Shown here piece after piece: positions 1-8,861 of a stretch of 64,000 nucleotides of DNA. Each line of letters begins with the position of its first letter. Position 1 is the first letter of the stretch. A program made the position numbers and the translations under genes. This stretch comes from an uncultured Gemmatimonadales bacterium (GTDB lineage Bacteria > Gemmatimonadota > Gemmatimonadetes > Longimicrobiales > RSA9): NCBI GenBank assembly GCA_963798855.1, contig CAWCUU010000002.1:1364567-1428566 (forward strand), in the 5' to 3' direction. The notes below the pieces were generated by a model. It made no database searches and was not told where the DNA came from. It saw only the letters and a list, made by a program, of their open reading frames with translations.

Positions 1-1274
1 AGCACCGCGCCCCGTGGCGGTGGACGGAGCCGCCGGGGCTCGTGGAGGAGCGCGGCACCGCCGTCCGATTCCTCCTCGAGAACGCGTTGTCCCCGCTGCT
101 CGACGGAAGCTGGCTCGAATCCCTGCTGCGGCACCATTTCCAGCCGCTGTTCGAGCGCGACCTGGCGCCGATCCTCGAGGCCGCATACCCGGCCGGCGTC
201 CGCTTCGTGCTGAATGGGCGACTGCTGTCGCAGTACGGGGAAGAGGATCGGGCCGAGCGAGCGCCGATCGCGGTTCGCGTCGGCCGGAAGCGGAAGCCGT
301 CCGCGCTCGGTTGGGTCGAGCGGCACGCCGAGCCGCTGCCGGAGGATCGCCGCGGCGTCGCGGTCGCAACGCTGGGCAAGGTCATCCGCCGCGGCTGGGA
401 CTGGCTCGGGCTCACCCCGCCGGGCGCCGAGCGGATCACAGGGCTCGTGGAAGCGCCCGCGCTCGCCGAGGCGCTCACGCTGAACAAGTCGGATTTCATC
501 CGCTCCGGCGCGCGAGGGGGTGTCTATCTCGGGTACAGGAAGGCGATCCAGGAGGCCGTCGGGGCGCAGCTCGAGCAGTGGGGCGATGCCGTGCCCCCGC
601 CGTCGCCCCGCCGCCCGCGCGTGCGACCGGTCGAGCGAGACCTCAGAGGCGTGCTCGCCGAGATGGCCGAAGACTATCCGCTACTGACGGCGCTCGTCGA
701 GCGCAGGGCCGGCGGACAGCGTCGCATCCCGTTCGCCGGGGAAGGTGCGGGCGGGGGCTGGTCCGCCGCCGCCGCGCTCGTCGCCGAAGCCGAGGCGGAG
801 ATCGCGTACGGGAGCGATGGTTCGCCCGAGCCCGCGCCCATGTCGCCGGACACCGGAGTCGCCGGGTCGTGGAGCGGAGAGCGCGGAACCGGCGAACGCG
901 ACGAAGCCGCCGGATCCGATCGTGGCAAGGGAGAGGCCGACGCGGATCGAGAGGCCAAGGGCGAGGGCGACGTTCCGGGCGTCGTGGCCGGACGCGCGCT
1001 CGTGCCGTCGCAGGGCGCGAGGCGTCGCCCCGGCCGGTATCGCCTCGCAATCCGCTTCGAGAGCCGGCCGGAGGATCCCTCCCTCGGCCGCCTCATCGAA
1101 TCGACCGTCTGGGTCAACGACGCGCACCCGGCTTACCGCCGCGCCTCGAAGGGGCGTGCCGAGCCGTACCACCTCGCCCTCACCGTCGCGATGGCACTGG
1201 CCCCGCTCGCGGTCGAGCCGTCGCAGGCAAACGCCTTCGTCACCGACTTTCTAGCGAGATGGGGGGAGGCCTAG
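1..1274 (+). CDS. hypothetical protein, 5'-partial (frame open to the window edge; GTG at 42 is an internal alternative start). Central Gly/Glu/Asp-rich low-complexity segment; conserved-looking C-terminus (RLIESTVWVNDAHPAYRRA)
   Basis: ORF track 42..1274 in frame 3 with no upstream stop before position 3. Composition is not the Arg/Pro junk typical of spurious frames. No confident family assignment. Confidence 0.5.
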   Translation, partial: HRAPWRWTEPPGLVEERGTAVRFLLENALSPLLDGSWLESLLRHHFQPLFERDLAPILEAAYPAGVRFVLNGRLLSQYGEEDRAERAPIAVRVGRKRKPSALGWVERHAEPLPEDRRGVAVATLGKVIRRGWDWLGLTPPGAERITGLVEAPALAEALTLNKSDFIRSGARGGVYLGYRKAIQEAVGAQLEQWGDAVPPPSPRRPRVRPVERDLRGVLAEMAEDYPLLTALVERRAGGQRRIPFAGEGAGGGWSAAAALVAEAEAEIAYGSDGSPEPAPMSPDTGVAGSWSGERGTGERDEAAGSDRGKGEADADREAKGEGDVPGVVAGRALVPSQGARRRPGRYRLAIRFESRPEDPSLGRLIESTVWVNDAHPAYRRASKGRAEPYHLALTVAMALAPLAVEPSQANAFVTDFLARWGEA

Positions 1275-1346
1275 GACCCCTCCGAAGAGCGTATCGAACT
1301 GCGCCGATCGGCGCATTCATTGGAAGCCGACACGCCGGAGCGGCTG

Positions 1347-1953
1347 CTACGACTCAATCGTCAGCCTTGGAACCAGGCGTCCGGTGCGCTTCATGTAGTC
1401 CCGGTATCCGTCACCGAATTTCGCGATCAGGGCGGATTCTTCCGCCGGGATCACCACCCACCGGATCCCTGCCGCAGCCGTGATCGTAAGGGCTCCGATG
1501 AACCAGCTGGCCGTGATCAACGACGCGGACACCAGCAGGAGCAGACCCGTCGCGTAAAGCGGGTGCCGGATCCATCGATACGGCCCGTGCACTACGAGCT
1601 CGTGCTCCTGTTTCGTAAGCACCGTCTCGCTGATGTTGTCGCCCAGGCTTGCTACGACCCAGTAGACGAGAGCCATGCATGACTCCGCCGAGCACCACGC
1701 CGGTCCAGCGCGCAAACGACGGGATCGCGAGTCGAGACCATGTCATCCAGGCAGGATGGACGAGGTAAGTCAGGAACGAGAGCACGAGGGGTAGTGCGAA
1801 GGCGAGGCGTGCCGTGATCAGCGCGCCACCCTCGCTCCGCCTCGGAATGGTCTCCCCCGATTTCCGCGCGTTGCGTCTGTGGTATCCCGAGACCGAGATC
1901 GCGGTAATGAGGATGGTGGCGAATGACACTCGAAGCAGCGCCTCCTCGTTCAC
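1347..1953 (-). pseudogene. isoprenylcysteine carboxyl methyltransferase (ICMT/PEMT) family membrane methyltransferase, disrupted by a +4 frameshift
   Basis: The N-terminal TM half (ORF 1411..1953) and the C-terminal half carrying the HELVVHGPYRWIRHPLY motif (ORF 1347..1715) lie in different frames. The junction on the coding strand reads gtcCATGCATGgct (tandem CATG). Removing one CATG restores ...VLGGVMALVYW... Confidence 0.65.
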
Positions 1954-2052
1954 CCTGACCGTCCCGACCGGAGCACGCGGTCGAAGAGGAATCGCAGGGC
2001 GCTCACGGCTTGCGAGTTGATATGAGCGGGAGACCGGACGGACATCGGTGGC

Positions 2053-3414
2053 TTACCTCGCCCGCCCTTTCCACGCCCGCCACCCGAAGAACACCGGGAT
2101 CCCGACCAGGATCACGCCGAAGTCGAAGGCGGTCGACAGCGGCTGCTTATAGAGTGCGTTGAGCAGCATGATGACGCTGGCGATCAAAAAGACGAGCGGC
2201 ACGATCGGGTAGCCGACGGTGCGGTAGGGCCGCTCGAGGTCTGGGCGCCGGGCGCGGACCATGAAGACGGCGCCGACGGCGAGGGCGTAGAACGGCCATA
2301 TCCCCAGGATGAACGCGTCGGCGAGCTGCTCGAAGGTGCGGATCGAGACGTAGGCGATGCCGAGCAGAGCGGCGAGCGTGATCGCGACGTGAGGCGTGCG
2401 GAAGCGCGGATGCACCCTGGCGACGGGGCGGAAGAGCAGGTCGTCGTCGGCCATCGCCCAGAGGATCCGCGGACCGGTCATCATCGAGCCGTTCAGCGTG
2501 CCGAAGGTGGAGAGCATCACGAGCGCGGCGATGATCGAGGCTCCGATTTGACCGAAGATGCGCACGGCGGCGTCGGCGGCGACGAGCTGGGATCCGGCCA
2601 TGTCGCCGATGGGCAGCACGTAGAAGTAGGCGGCGTTGACGACGAGGTAGATGACGAGGATGGCGAGGGTGCCGCCGAGCAGCGCGCGAGGCAAAGTGCG
2701 CGCCGGGTCCTTGACCTCCCCGGCCATGAACGTGAGGTCGGCCCAGCCGTCGTAGGCCCAGAGCACCGCGATGAGGGCGACGCCGAAGCCGGACCAGCTC
2801 GAGGGCTGGAAGGAGATCGCGCCGGCGAGCGCGCCGCGGGCCGGGTCGCCGAAGGCGAAGGCGAGCAGCGCGACGCCGATCAGCGCGAGCACCTTCGCGG
2901 CGGTGGTCGAGTTCTCGATCGCGGCGCCGAACATCACCGACCGGTAGTTCGCTGCGGCGACGAACGCGATCGCGGCCGCGGCGACGAGGTGCACCTGCAC
3001 GTCGCTCATGGGGACGAAGGTCTGCAGGTACTCCGCGAAGATCATCGCGATGGCGCCGTACGCCGACGGCCGGATCACGAGCAGCTCGGTCCAGCCGAAG
3101 AGGAAGGCGGGCAGGTCGCCGTACGCCTCCTTCAGGTAGATGTAGATCCCGCCCGAGCGCGGGAAGAGCGCGGCGAGCTCCGCCAGCGTCAGCGCGCCGA
3201 ACAGCGCGACGACGCCGCCGACCACCCACAGCAGCGCCGCGGCGCCGACCGTGCCGACGTCACCGGCCACCGTGCTGGGCACGCGGAAGATGCCGCTGCC
3301 GATCGTCGATCCGACGAGGACCGCGGCGGCGCTCCACACGCCGAGGCGGCGGGGGAGCTTGTCCTCGACCTCGGCAGCCAGACGCTGGGGAGCGGGCTGT
3401 TCGACTCGGCTCAC
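2053..3414 (-). CDS. APC-family amino acid permease
   Basis: The real protein begins at a GTG (VSRVEQPAPQ...) inside the 700-aa ORF 2053..4155. 12-TM profile with SGGIYIYL / AYDGWADL-type motifs. The N-terminal 247 aa of the ORF are Ser/Thr/Arg junk. Confidence 0.85.
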   Translation of the reverse strand: MSRVEQPAPQRLAAEVEDKLPRRLGVWSAAAVLVGSTIGSGIFRVPSTVAGDVGTVGAAALLWVVGGVVALFGALTLAELAALFPRSGGIYIYLKEAYGDLPAFLFGWTELLVIRPSAYGAIAMIFAEYLQTFVPMSDVQVHLVAAAAIAFVAAANYRSVMFGAAIENSTTAAKVLALIGVALLAFAFGDPARGALAGAISFQPSSWSGFGVALIAVLWAYDGWADLTFMAGEVKDPARTLPRALLGGTLAILVIYLVVNAAYFYVLPIGDMAGSQLVAADAAVRIFGQIGASIIAALVMLSTFGTLNGSMMTGPRILWAMADDDLLFRPVARVHPRFRTPHVAITLAALLGIAYVSIRTFEQLADAFILGIWPFYALAVGAVFMVRARRPDLERPYRTVGYPIVPLVFLIASVIMLLNALYKQPLSTAFDFGVILVGIPVFFGWRAWKGRAR

Positions 3415-3424
3415 GGGCGCTCTC

Positions 3425-3500
3425 GATTGAAGAGTGAAGTGAGAACTGTGAAGTGTGAGGCGTGAAGACTGAATTGGGAAGTGTGAAGTCCGAAGGGTGA
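3425..3500 (-). promoter_or_regulatory. low-GC leader/promoter region of the APC permease gene with four CTTCAC(A/T) repeats, including CTTCACAGTTC
   Basis: Minus-strand reading: GGACTTCACACTTCCCAATTCAGTCTTCACGCCTCACACTTCACAGTTCTCACTTCACTCTTCAATCGAGAG...GTG. The local GC drop is conspicuous in a 70% GC genome. Confidence 0.45.
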
Positions 3501-3502
3501 CG

Positions 3503-6205
3503 TCAATTCCCGATCCAGTAGGAGAGCTTGAGCAGGAATATGTTGGTGGGGACGCTGTCGAAAATGCCGCGCGTGTCGCGGCCGAGCTCGAAGGTGCCGT
3601 CGGGCAGCGAGTAGCTGCGCTGCTGCTGCCAGACCAGGTAGAGCGTGGAGCCGGGGCGGTATTCCCAGCGCAGCACGGCGTTGCCGCGCAGCGATCGGAA
3701 GGTGAAGTCCGGATCGAAGAACTGGAACGCGGGCGCGGGGCCGTCGGCGTCGGGGTCGACGGTGTAGAAGCCCTGCCTGCCCTGCACGCCGCGGACGATC
3801 GTGCCGCGGTCGACCCCGTAGATCGCGTAGTCGAGCGAGGCCGGCGCATCCAGCTCGCGGAAGGAGGAGTAGCGTCCGGCCGAGACGAATGGCTGCGCGT
3901 AGAGCTGCAGCGACAGCGTCGGCGTGAAGGTCCAGTCGAGGCGGGTGTCCAGCCCGAGCGTCGTCTGGCGCAGCCTGGCGAAGACGTAGCGGCGACCGGA
4001 CGTCGCGTCCGCACTGGGGTCCGCGACGGTGCGCACGTACTGCTGATAGGTCGTCTGCTTCTGCAGGTCGGGGCCGAAGCTGACGTGCACGTTCGTGGCC
4101 GGCCGCGCGTCGAGGGAGATGCTGATCTCGCGACTGTTGCCGCCGAGCTCATCACGGCTGAGGGAGCCGAAGACCTGGGCGACGATCGGCTTGCGGGCGT
4201 CGCTGGAGAAGTAGGCCGAGCCGTACCACTGCGAGGGCGAGCGTGCGAGCGGGCCGCCGCGCGTCAGCCGGTCGCTCATCGTGCGGGGGTTGTAGGTGAA
4301 GCTCGCGCCGATCGTGTGGAAGCTCGACAGCTGCACGTTTCCGGAGCCCGCGAAGCCGTCGTAGATCAGGTCGCCGCCATAGTTCCACGCCTGATTCGTG
4401 TAGACGTAGGCGGAGTAGTTGCGGTACCAGCCGCTCGCCCGGTCCTCGACGTAGCGCAGGAACGTCGAGAACGCGCGGGCGTCCGCTCGCGACAGGAAGC
4501 CGATGTCGTTCAGCTCGAAGCCGGGGCTCACGTCGCGGTAGGAGAGCGAGCCGGTCCAGTGGCGGCCGCCGGCCTTCGCGAGCGCGAGCTCGGCGATGTG
4601 GCCGTCGAGCGCGGTCCGGGTCGGGTCGATTTCCAGGTAGTCGGCGTCCGGCCGCTGGTAGTATCGCGCGCTCGACGCCTGTGCGGCGGCGATGACGTCG
4701 GGCTCGCCGCGGATCCGGCTCCCCGCGACGTACCCGGAGACGGACCACGCCCGGTTCGCCCACGTGTGCAGGAAGTCCGCGCCGCCAATGTAGGCGCCGG
4801 AGCGGAGCAGCCCGGCGAGCGCGGGCAGCGACAGATCGCGGTTCGTCGCCGTGAAGATCCCGCCCAGCACCGAACGCCCCTGCCGCAGGTCCTTGCGAAG
4901 GCGAGCCACCATGTAGTTCGTCAGCGGCTCGACCCGCGTGGTGCGCATGTCACCCGTCGGGTCCGCATAGCGGGCCTCCTCCGGCGTCGTGACCGCGTCC
5001 AGGAAGCCGATCGACCAGCCGCTCGCCGTCTTGCCGCTGACCTTCGCGGCGGTCGCGATCGTGGTCTGGTCCGGCGCGTCGACGTACGCGTACTGCGAGC
5101 CGGACAGGCCGCGCTGCGGTGGCCGCCCGATGCGCCGGGAGTAGAAGTAGATGTAGCGGTTGTAGTTGTTGAAGCTCTGCGTGTTGCCGAACGAGAAGAT
5201 GTCCGATCCCTCGACGAAGAATGGCCGCTTCTCGGGGAAGAACGTCTCGAACGCGCTCAGGTTCACGACGGCCGGATCGACCTCGACCTGACCGAAGTCG
5301 GGATTCACCGTCGCGGTCAGCGTCAGCCCCGCGGGCAGCCCGTACTTCACATCCGCCCCGACGGAGAACGAGGCGTCTGTCGGCTCGAAGAACGGGTTGG
5401 CGGAGCTGCCCGGCGCGCGGACGAGCCGTGCGCTGGTGTAAGGCTGCAGCTCGAAGCGATGTGGCGGGTGGATGCCGTCGAGGCCCGTGAGGTTCCCGAA
5501 CGCGGAGACGAAGCCGGGCGAGCGCCGGGTCCACGGCGACCACGAGTCGCGCTCGTCGTGACGCGCGATGTCGCGCATCACCTGGAACCCCCAGACCCGG
5601 CCGCTGTCGCTTGGCTGTGATCCGAAGCGCAGCTGCGAGAACGGGATCCTGTACTCCGCCGTCCAGCCGAGCGAGTCCACACGCGTCGCCACGTCCCACA
5701 CCGCGTCCCACGAGACGTCCTCGTCGCCGTCGTTCGAGGTGTAGACGTCTTTCTTCACACCGAGTGGGTTGGCCGAGAAGCGGAAGGCGGTACGTCGGTC
5801 GTGATAGCTGTCGATGATGACGTGGACCCAGTCCGAGTAGATGCCGCTGGCGTCGCGCCTGGCCAGCTGGGCCGCGACGGAGTCGGGCTGGTCGTCGCGC
5901 AGACGCACGCCCACGTAGAGCGCGTCGTCGTCGTACAACACTCGCACCTCGGTCCGCTCCGTCGGCTCCGCGTTCGGCTGCGGCCAGCTCTGCATGAAGT
6001 CCGAGCCGACCGGGGCGGCCGCCCACGCCGCCTCGTTCAACCGCCCGTCGATGTCGACAGGCCCGGTGCGCCGCTCGGCGTCGAGTGCGGGCGTCGGGCC
6101 GAGGTGCCCGTTCGACGGCGGCTGCGCGCCCTGCGCGATGAGCGGACGTGGCGCCGTGAACGCGGCGGCCGCGAGTACAATGATCGAGAGGATGTCGCGA
6201 TTCAT
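3503..6205 (-). CDS. DUF5916 / carbohydrate-binding-family-9-like outer-membrane/secreted protein (900 aa, signal peptide)
   Basis: Long non-junk ORF with signal peptide MNRDILSIIVLAAAAFTAPRPLIAQ. Conserved blocks (NPDFGQVEVDPAVVNLSAFETFFPEKRPFF; RSLRGNAVLRWEYRPGSTL) are shared with the paralog at 23406..26141. Confidence 0.85.
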   Translation of the reverse strand: MNRDILSIIVLAAAAFTAPRPLIAQGAQPPSNGHLGPTPALDAERRTGPVDIDGRLNEAAWAAAPVGSDFMQSWPQPNAEPTERTEVRVLYDDDALYVGVRLRDDQPDSVAAQLARRDASGIYSDWVHVIIDSYHDRRTAFRFSANPLGVKKDVYTSNDGDEDVSWDAVWDVATRVDSLGWTAEYRIPFSQLRFGSQPSDSGRVWGFQVMRDIARHDERDSWSPWTRRSPGFVSAFGNLTGLDGIHPPHRFELQPYTSARLVRAPGSSANPFFEPTDASFSVGADVKYGLPAGLTLTATVNPDFGQVEVDPAVVNLSAFETFFPEKRPFFVEGSDIFSFGNTQSFNNYNRYIYFYSRRIGRPPQRGLSGSQYAYVDAPDQTTIATAAKVSGKTASGWSIGFLDAVTTPEEARYADPTGDMRTTRVEPLTNYMVARLRKDLRQGRSVLGGIFTATNRDLSLPALAGLLRSGAYIGGADFLHTWANRAWSVSGYVAGSRIRGEPDVIAAAQASSARYYQRPDADYLEIDPTRTALDGHIAELALAKAGGRHWTGSLSYRDVSPGFELNDIGFLSRADARAFSTFLRYVEDRASGWYRNYSAYVYTNQAWNYGGDLIYDGFAGSGNVQLSSFHTIGASFTYNPRTMSDRLTRGGPLARSPSQWYGSAYFSSDARKPIVAQVFGSLSRDELGGNSREISISLDARPATNVHVSFGPDLQKQTTYQQYVRTVADPSADATSGRRYVFARLRQTTLGLDTRLDWTFTPTLSLQLYAQPFVSAGRYSSFRELDAPASLDYAIYGVDRGTIVRGVQGRQGFYTVDPDADGPAPAFQFFDPDFTFRSLRGNAVLRWEYRPGSTLYLVWQQQRSYSLPDGTFELGRDTRGIFDSVPTNIFLLKLSYWIGN

Positions 6206-6395
6206 CTGGCTGCCGGAGGAGGGTCAGAGATCGAGTCGCGTGTCCGTTTGGATTAGACGCGCAGAATCGCGTCAGGGTTTGCTTCGCCCGGTGGGAGCGC
6301 AGGAAAGACGCCGGCCCGCCGCGTCAGCGGTCCGGCGTCGAAGGCCGGCGTGCGGCCGGCGAAGCCGCCGGGGGGCCCGGCGGCGAAATCGGAGC

Positions 6396-6962
6396 TCAGC
6401 GCCCGATCGGCGAGCCCCCGCTTCCTCCCTTTCGCCAGGCGCCGCCATCGCGGGATCCGGCGCCACCCGAGCCGCCACGACGACGCATGCCGCGTCCGCG
6501 CATGCCGTCACGGCGGCTGCGCATCATCTCCCTAACGGCGTTCTGCTGATCCGTCGTCAGCAGCTTCAGTGCCGCGTCCATCGATTCGCGGTTGTTCGTG
6601 CGGATCTGCTCCATGACGGGACGTAGCTCCTCCATCGCCTGACGCCACTGCTGGCGCTGCTCGTCGGTCGGGGGAGCGGCCTGATCGCCCTCCGGCCGCG
6701 GCGGACGCTTCGCCTCGATCTGCTTCACCAGCGGCGAGTTCTTCTCCTCCAGCCGCGACTGCATGACCTGCAGCTTCGCGACCTGGTCACCGGTGAGCTT
6801 GAGGGTATCCTTCTGCGCCAGGATCGTCGCGATCGGGTTGCGGGGACCCCTTCCCCGCGGACCCATCGGTCCGGGCCCACCCGCCGGAGGACCCTGCGCG
6901 ACCAGCGTACCAGGAAGGGCCGCGAACGCCAGGATCGCGAGCCCGCGTAGCATCTTCGACAT
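6396..6962 (-). CDS. periplasmic LTXXQ-motif protein (Spy/CpxP-like family)
   Basis: Signal peptide MSKMLRGLAILAFAALPGTLVAQ. LTGDQ and LTTDQ motifs. C-terminal Arg/Gly-rich tail. Start taken as the internal ATG at 6962. Confidence 0.7.
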   Translation of the reverse strand: MSKMLRGLAILAFAALPGTLVAQGPPAGGPGPMGPRGRGPRNPIATILAQKDTLKLTGDQVAKLQVMQSRLEEKNSPLVKQIEAKRPPRPEGDQAAPPTDEQRQQWRQAMEELRPVMEQIRTNNRESMDAALKLLTTDQQNAVREMMRSRRDGMRGRGMRRRGGSGGAGSRDGGAWRKGGSGGSPIGR

Positions 6963-7060
6963 GTCCACTCTCCTCGTATGATGCGAACGTCCGCCGTCCG
7001 TCGTTGGATCGGCTCCGTCCACGAACTAGACGCCTGCCGGTGAGGAAACGTTAAGGGGGA

Positions 7061-7252
7061 CTGCAGGCGCTGAGGGCAGGCGTATACTGCAGGCGCTGAG
7101 GGCAGGCGCTGACTGCAGGCGCTGAGGGAAGGCGCTGACTGCAGGCGCTGAGGGCAGGCGTTTACTGCAGGCGCTGAGGGCAGGCGTTTACTGCAGGCGC
7201 TGAGGGCAGGCGTTTACTGCAGCCGCTGAGGGCAGGCGCTGAGGGCAGGCGC
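7061..7252. repeat. ~7.5 tandem copies of a 26-bp unit CTGCAGGCGCTGAGGGCAGGCG(TTT/CTG/TAT)A, in the divergent promoter region between the Spy-like gene and tauE
   Basis: Read directly. The unit is itself a 13-bp half-repeat (GCAGGCGCTGAGG / GCAGGCGTTTACT). Related to the GGCGCTGAC family below. Confidence 0.9.
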
Positions 7253-7496
7253 CGTTTCGCTAGGAGTCGGGGACGCGATGCGGCCAGATCGATCGACGAG
7301 GTGTTTTCGCCGTGGCGTAATATATTCGCCACCGTCAGTGGGCGTTGACCGCTCTGGAAGTGACGTTGACGGTTGGCGTCACGGTCTGCCGCCTATCGGG
7401 TGAGCGGTTGACGGGCATCGGTGGCCGTTTAGCCGGGCGTGCAGCGGCGTGGGCAGCCCGGACGCAAACGGCAGGATCGGAAGAGTCACAGGAGAG

Positions 7497-8330
7497 ATGA
7501 TGGGATTTGCGGAGGTGGCGGAGTTCGTGGTGCTCGGGTTCGGCGTCGGGGTGTACGGGACGATGGTTGGGGCGGGGGGCGGGTTCCTGATCGTGCCGGT
7601 GCTGCTGCTGATGTACCACGCAGATCCGGCGCGGGCGGCGGGGACGTCGATCACGGTGGTCTTCTTCAACGCGTTCTCTGGCTCGCTCTCCTATGCGAGG
7701 CAGAAGCGGATCGACTACAGGGCCGGACTCACATTCGCGGTCGCGACGGTGCCGGGCGCGGTGGCGGGCGCGTACATGGCGGAGCTGTTCAAGGGGCGAG
7801 ACTTCCACATCATTTTCGCGATCCTGCTGCTGGCGATCGCCGGCGTGCTGATCTGGCGACCGACCGGGGTGGCGGAGGAGGGACCGCCGGAGCCGCTCGA
7901 GGAGCATGAGGCACACCACTGGTGGAAGGTCGAGCACCGCATCGAGGATGCGAGCGGTCACGTTTTCCACTACCGCTACAACATCCTGGTCGGGACGGTG
8001 CTGAGCATCTTCGTCGGGTTCCTGTCGAGCATCCTCGGGATCGGCGGCGGCATCATCCACGTGCCGGCGCTGATCCACCTGCTGGCGTTTCCGGCACACG
8101 TCGCGACGGCGACATCTCACTTCATCCTGGCGATCTCGGCGCTGGTGGGCGCGGTCACGCACTTCGGCCTGGGCCACGTGATGGTTGGCCCCGCGCTGAC
8201 GATGGGGGTGGGCGTCGTGGTCGGCGCCCAGCTCGGTGCCCGGCTGGCGCGCCGGGTACACGGCGCGGTGGTGATCCGGATGCTGTCGCTGGCCCTGGTG
8301 GTCGTGGCGGTGCGGCTGCTCATGAAGTGA
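7497..8330 (+). CDS. TauE/SafE (DUF81) family sulfite/anion exporter
   Basis: MMGFAEVAEFVVLGFGVGVYGTMVGAGGGF... with two DUF81 halves. AGGAGAG RBS at 7490-7496 just upstream of ATG 7497. Confidence 0.85.
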   Translation: MMGFAEVAEFVVLGFGVGVYGTMVGAGGGFLIVPVLLLMYHADPARAAGTSITVVFFNAFSGSLSYARQKRIDYRAGLTFAVATVPGAVAGAYMAELFKGRDFHIIFAILLLAIAGVLIWRPTGVAEEGPPEPLEEHEAHHWWKVEHRIEDASGHVFHYRYNILVGTVLSIFVGFLSSILGIGGGIIHVPALIHLLAFPAHVATATSHFILAISALVGAVTHFGLGHVMVGPALTMGVGVVVGAQLGARLARRVHGAVVIRMLSLALVVVAVRLLMK

Positions 8331-8356
8331 AGGCGCTGACGGAAGGCGCTGACGAA
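8331..8356. repeat. two tandem AAGGCGCTGACG(G/A) units immediately after the tauE stop
   Basis: GTGA-AGGCGCTGACGG-AAGGCGCTGACGA. Forward-orientation member of the GGCGCTGAC family. Confidence 0.8.
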
Positions 8357-8425
8357 GGGGCGGGGGCTGATCGGAGTGGCCGCTCCGGCTATGGAGGTGC
8401 GCGTCGGCTCGGCCGAGATTATGGC

Positions 8426-8848
8426 ATGTCGAGCGAATCTCGGGAACTACTCTTCCGGCATGAGCGGATGCCGGTCTTCACGCTGGCGGTCGAAGCGGCC
8501 GTCGCGGCGGATGAGCTCGCACGACTGCTGCCGAGGGTCCACCTGTATCTTGCGGACCAGCTTCGGAGGGCCGCTTCCTCCATCGTGCTGAACATCGGCG
8601 AGGGAGCCGGAGAGCACCGGAGTCCGGAGAAGGCGCGCTTCTATCGAATCGCCCGCCGCTCGGCGACCGAAGCATCCGCCGTGCTGGAGCTTGCGATCGC
8701 GCTTCGACTACTCGAGCGTCCGACGATCGCGACCGCGAAGGAGCGCCTGATCACGGTGGCCGGCATGTTGACACGGTTGTGCCGGCGGTTCGAGGCCGCT
8801 CCTCACCCACGCTCCGACGGCTCGCGGCCTCCCGTGCGAACCGACTGA
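8426..8848 (+). CDS. four-helix-bundle protein (23S rRNA intervening-sequence protein family, TIGR02436-like)
   Basis: YLADQLRRAASSIVLNIGEGAGEHRSPEKARFYRIARRSATEASAVLELAIAL matches the family hallmark. ATG at 8426 in the frame of ORF 7922..8848. Confidence 0.75.
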   Translation: MSSESRELLFRHERMPVFTLAVEAAVAADELARLLPRVHLYLADQLRRAASSIVLNIGEGAGEHRSPEKARFYRIARRSATEASAVLELAIALRLLERPTIATAKERLITVAGMLTRLCRRFEAAPHPRSDGSRPPVRTD

Positions 8849-8861
8849 TGGACTACCTTCC

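Noticed and set aside
14-1483. 489-aa ORF in frame 2 at the left edge
   Set aside because: Pure Arg/Gly/Ala/Pro composition. The overlapping frame-3 ORF (42..1274) has protein-like composition and is preferred.
3497-5620. 707-aa plus-strand ORF, and 8974..11142, 40396..42345, 57526..59568 and similar long ORFs
   Set aside because: All are antisense shadows of well-supported genes (DUF5916, BNR hydrolase, decarboxylase, OCD/MoaD) with Arg/Gly/Asp-rich low-complexity translations typical of 70% GC DNA.
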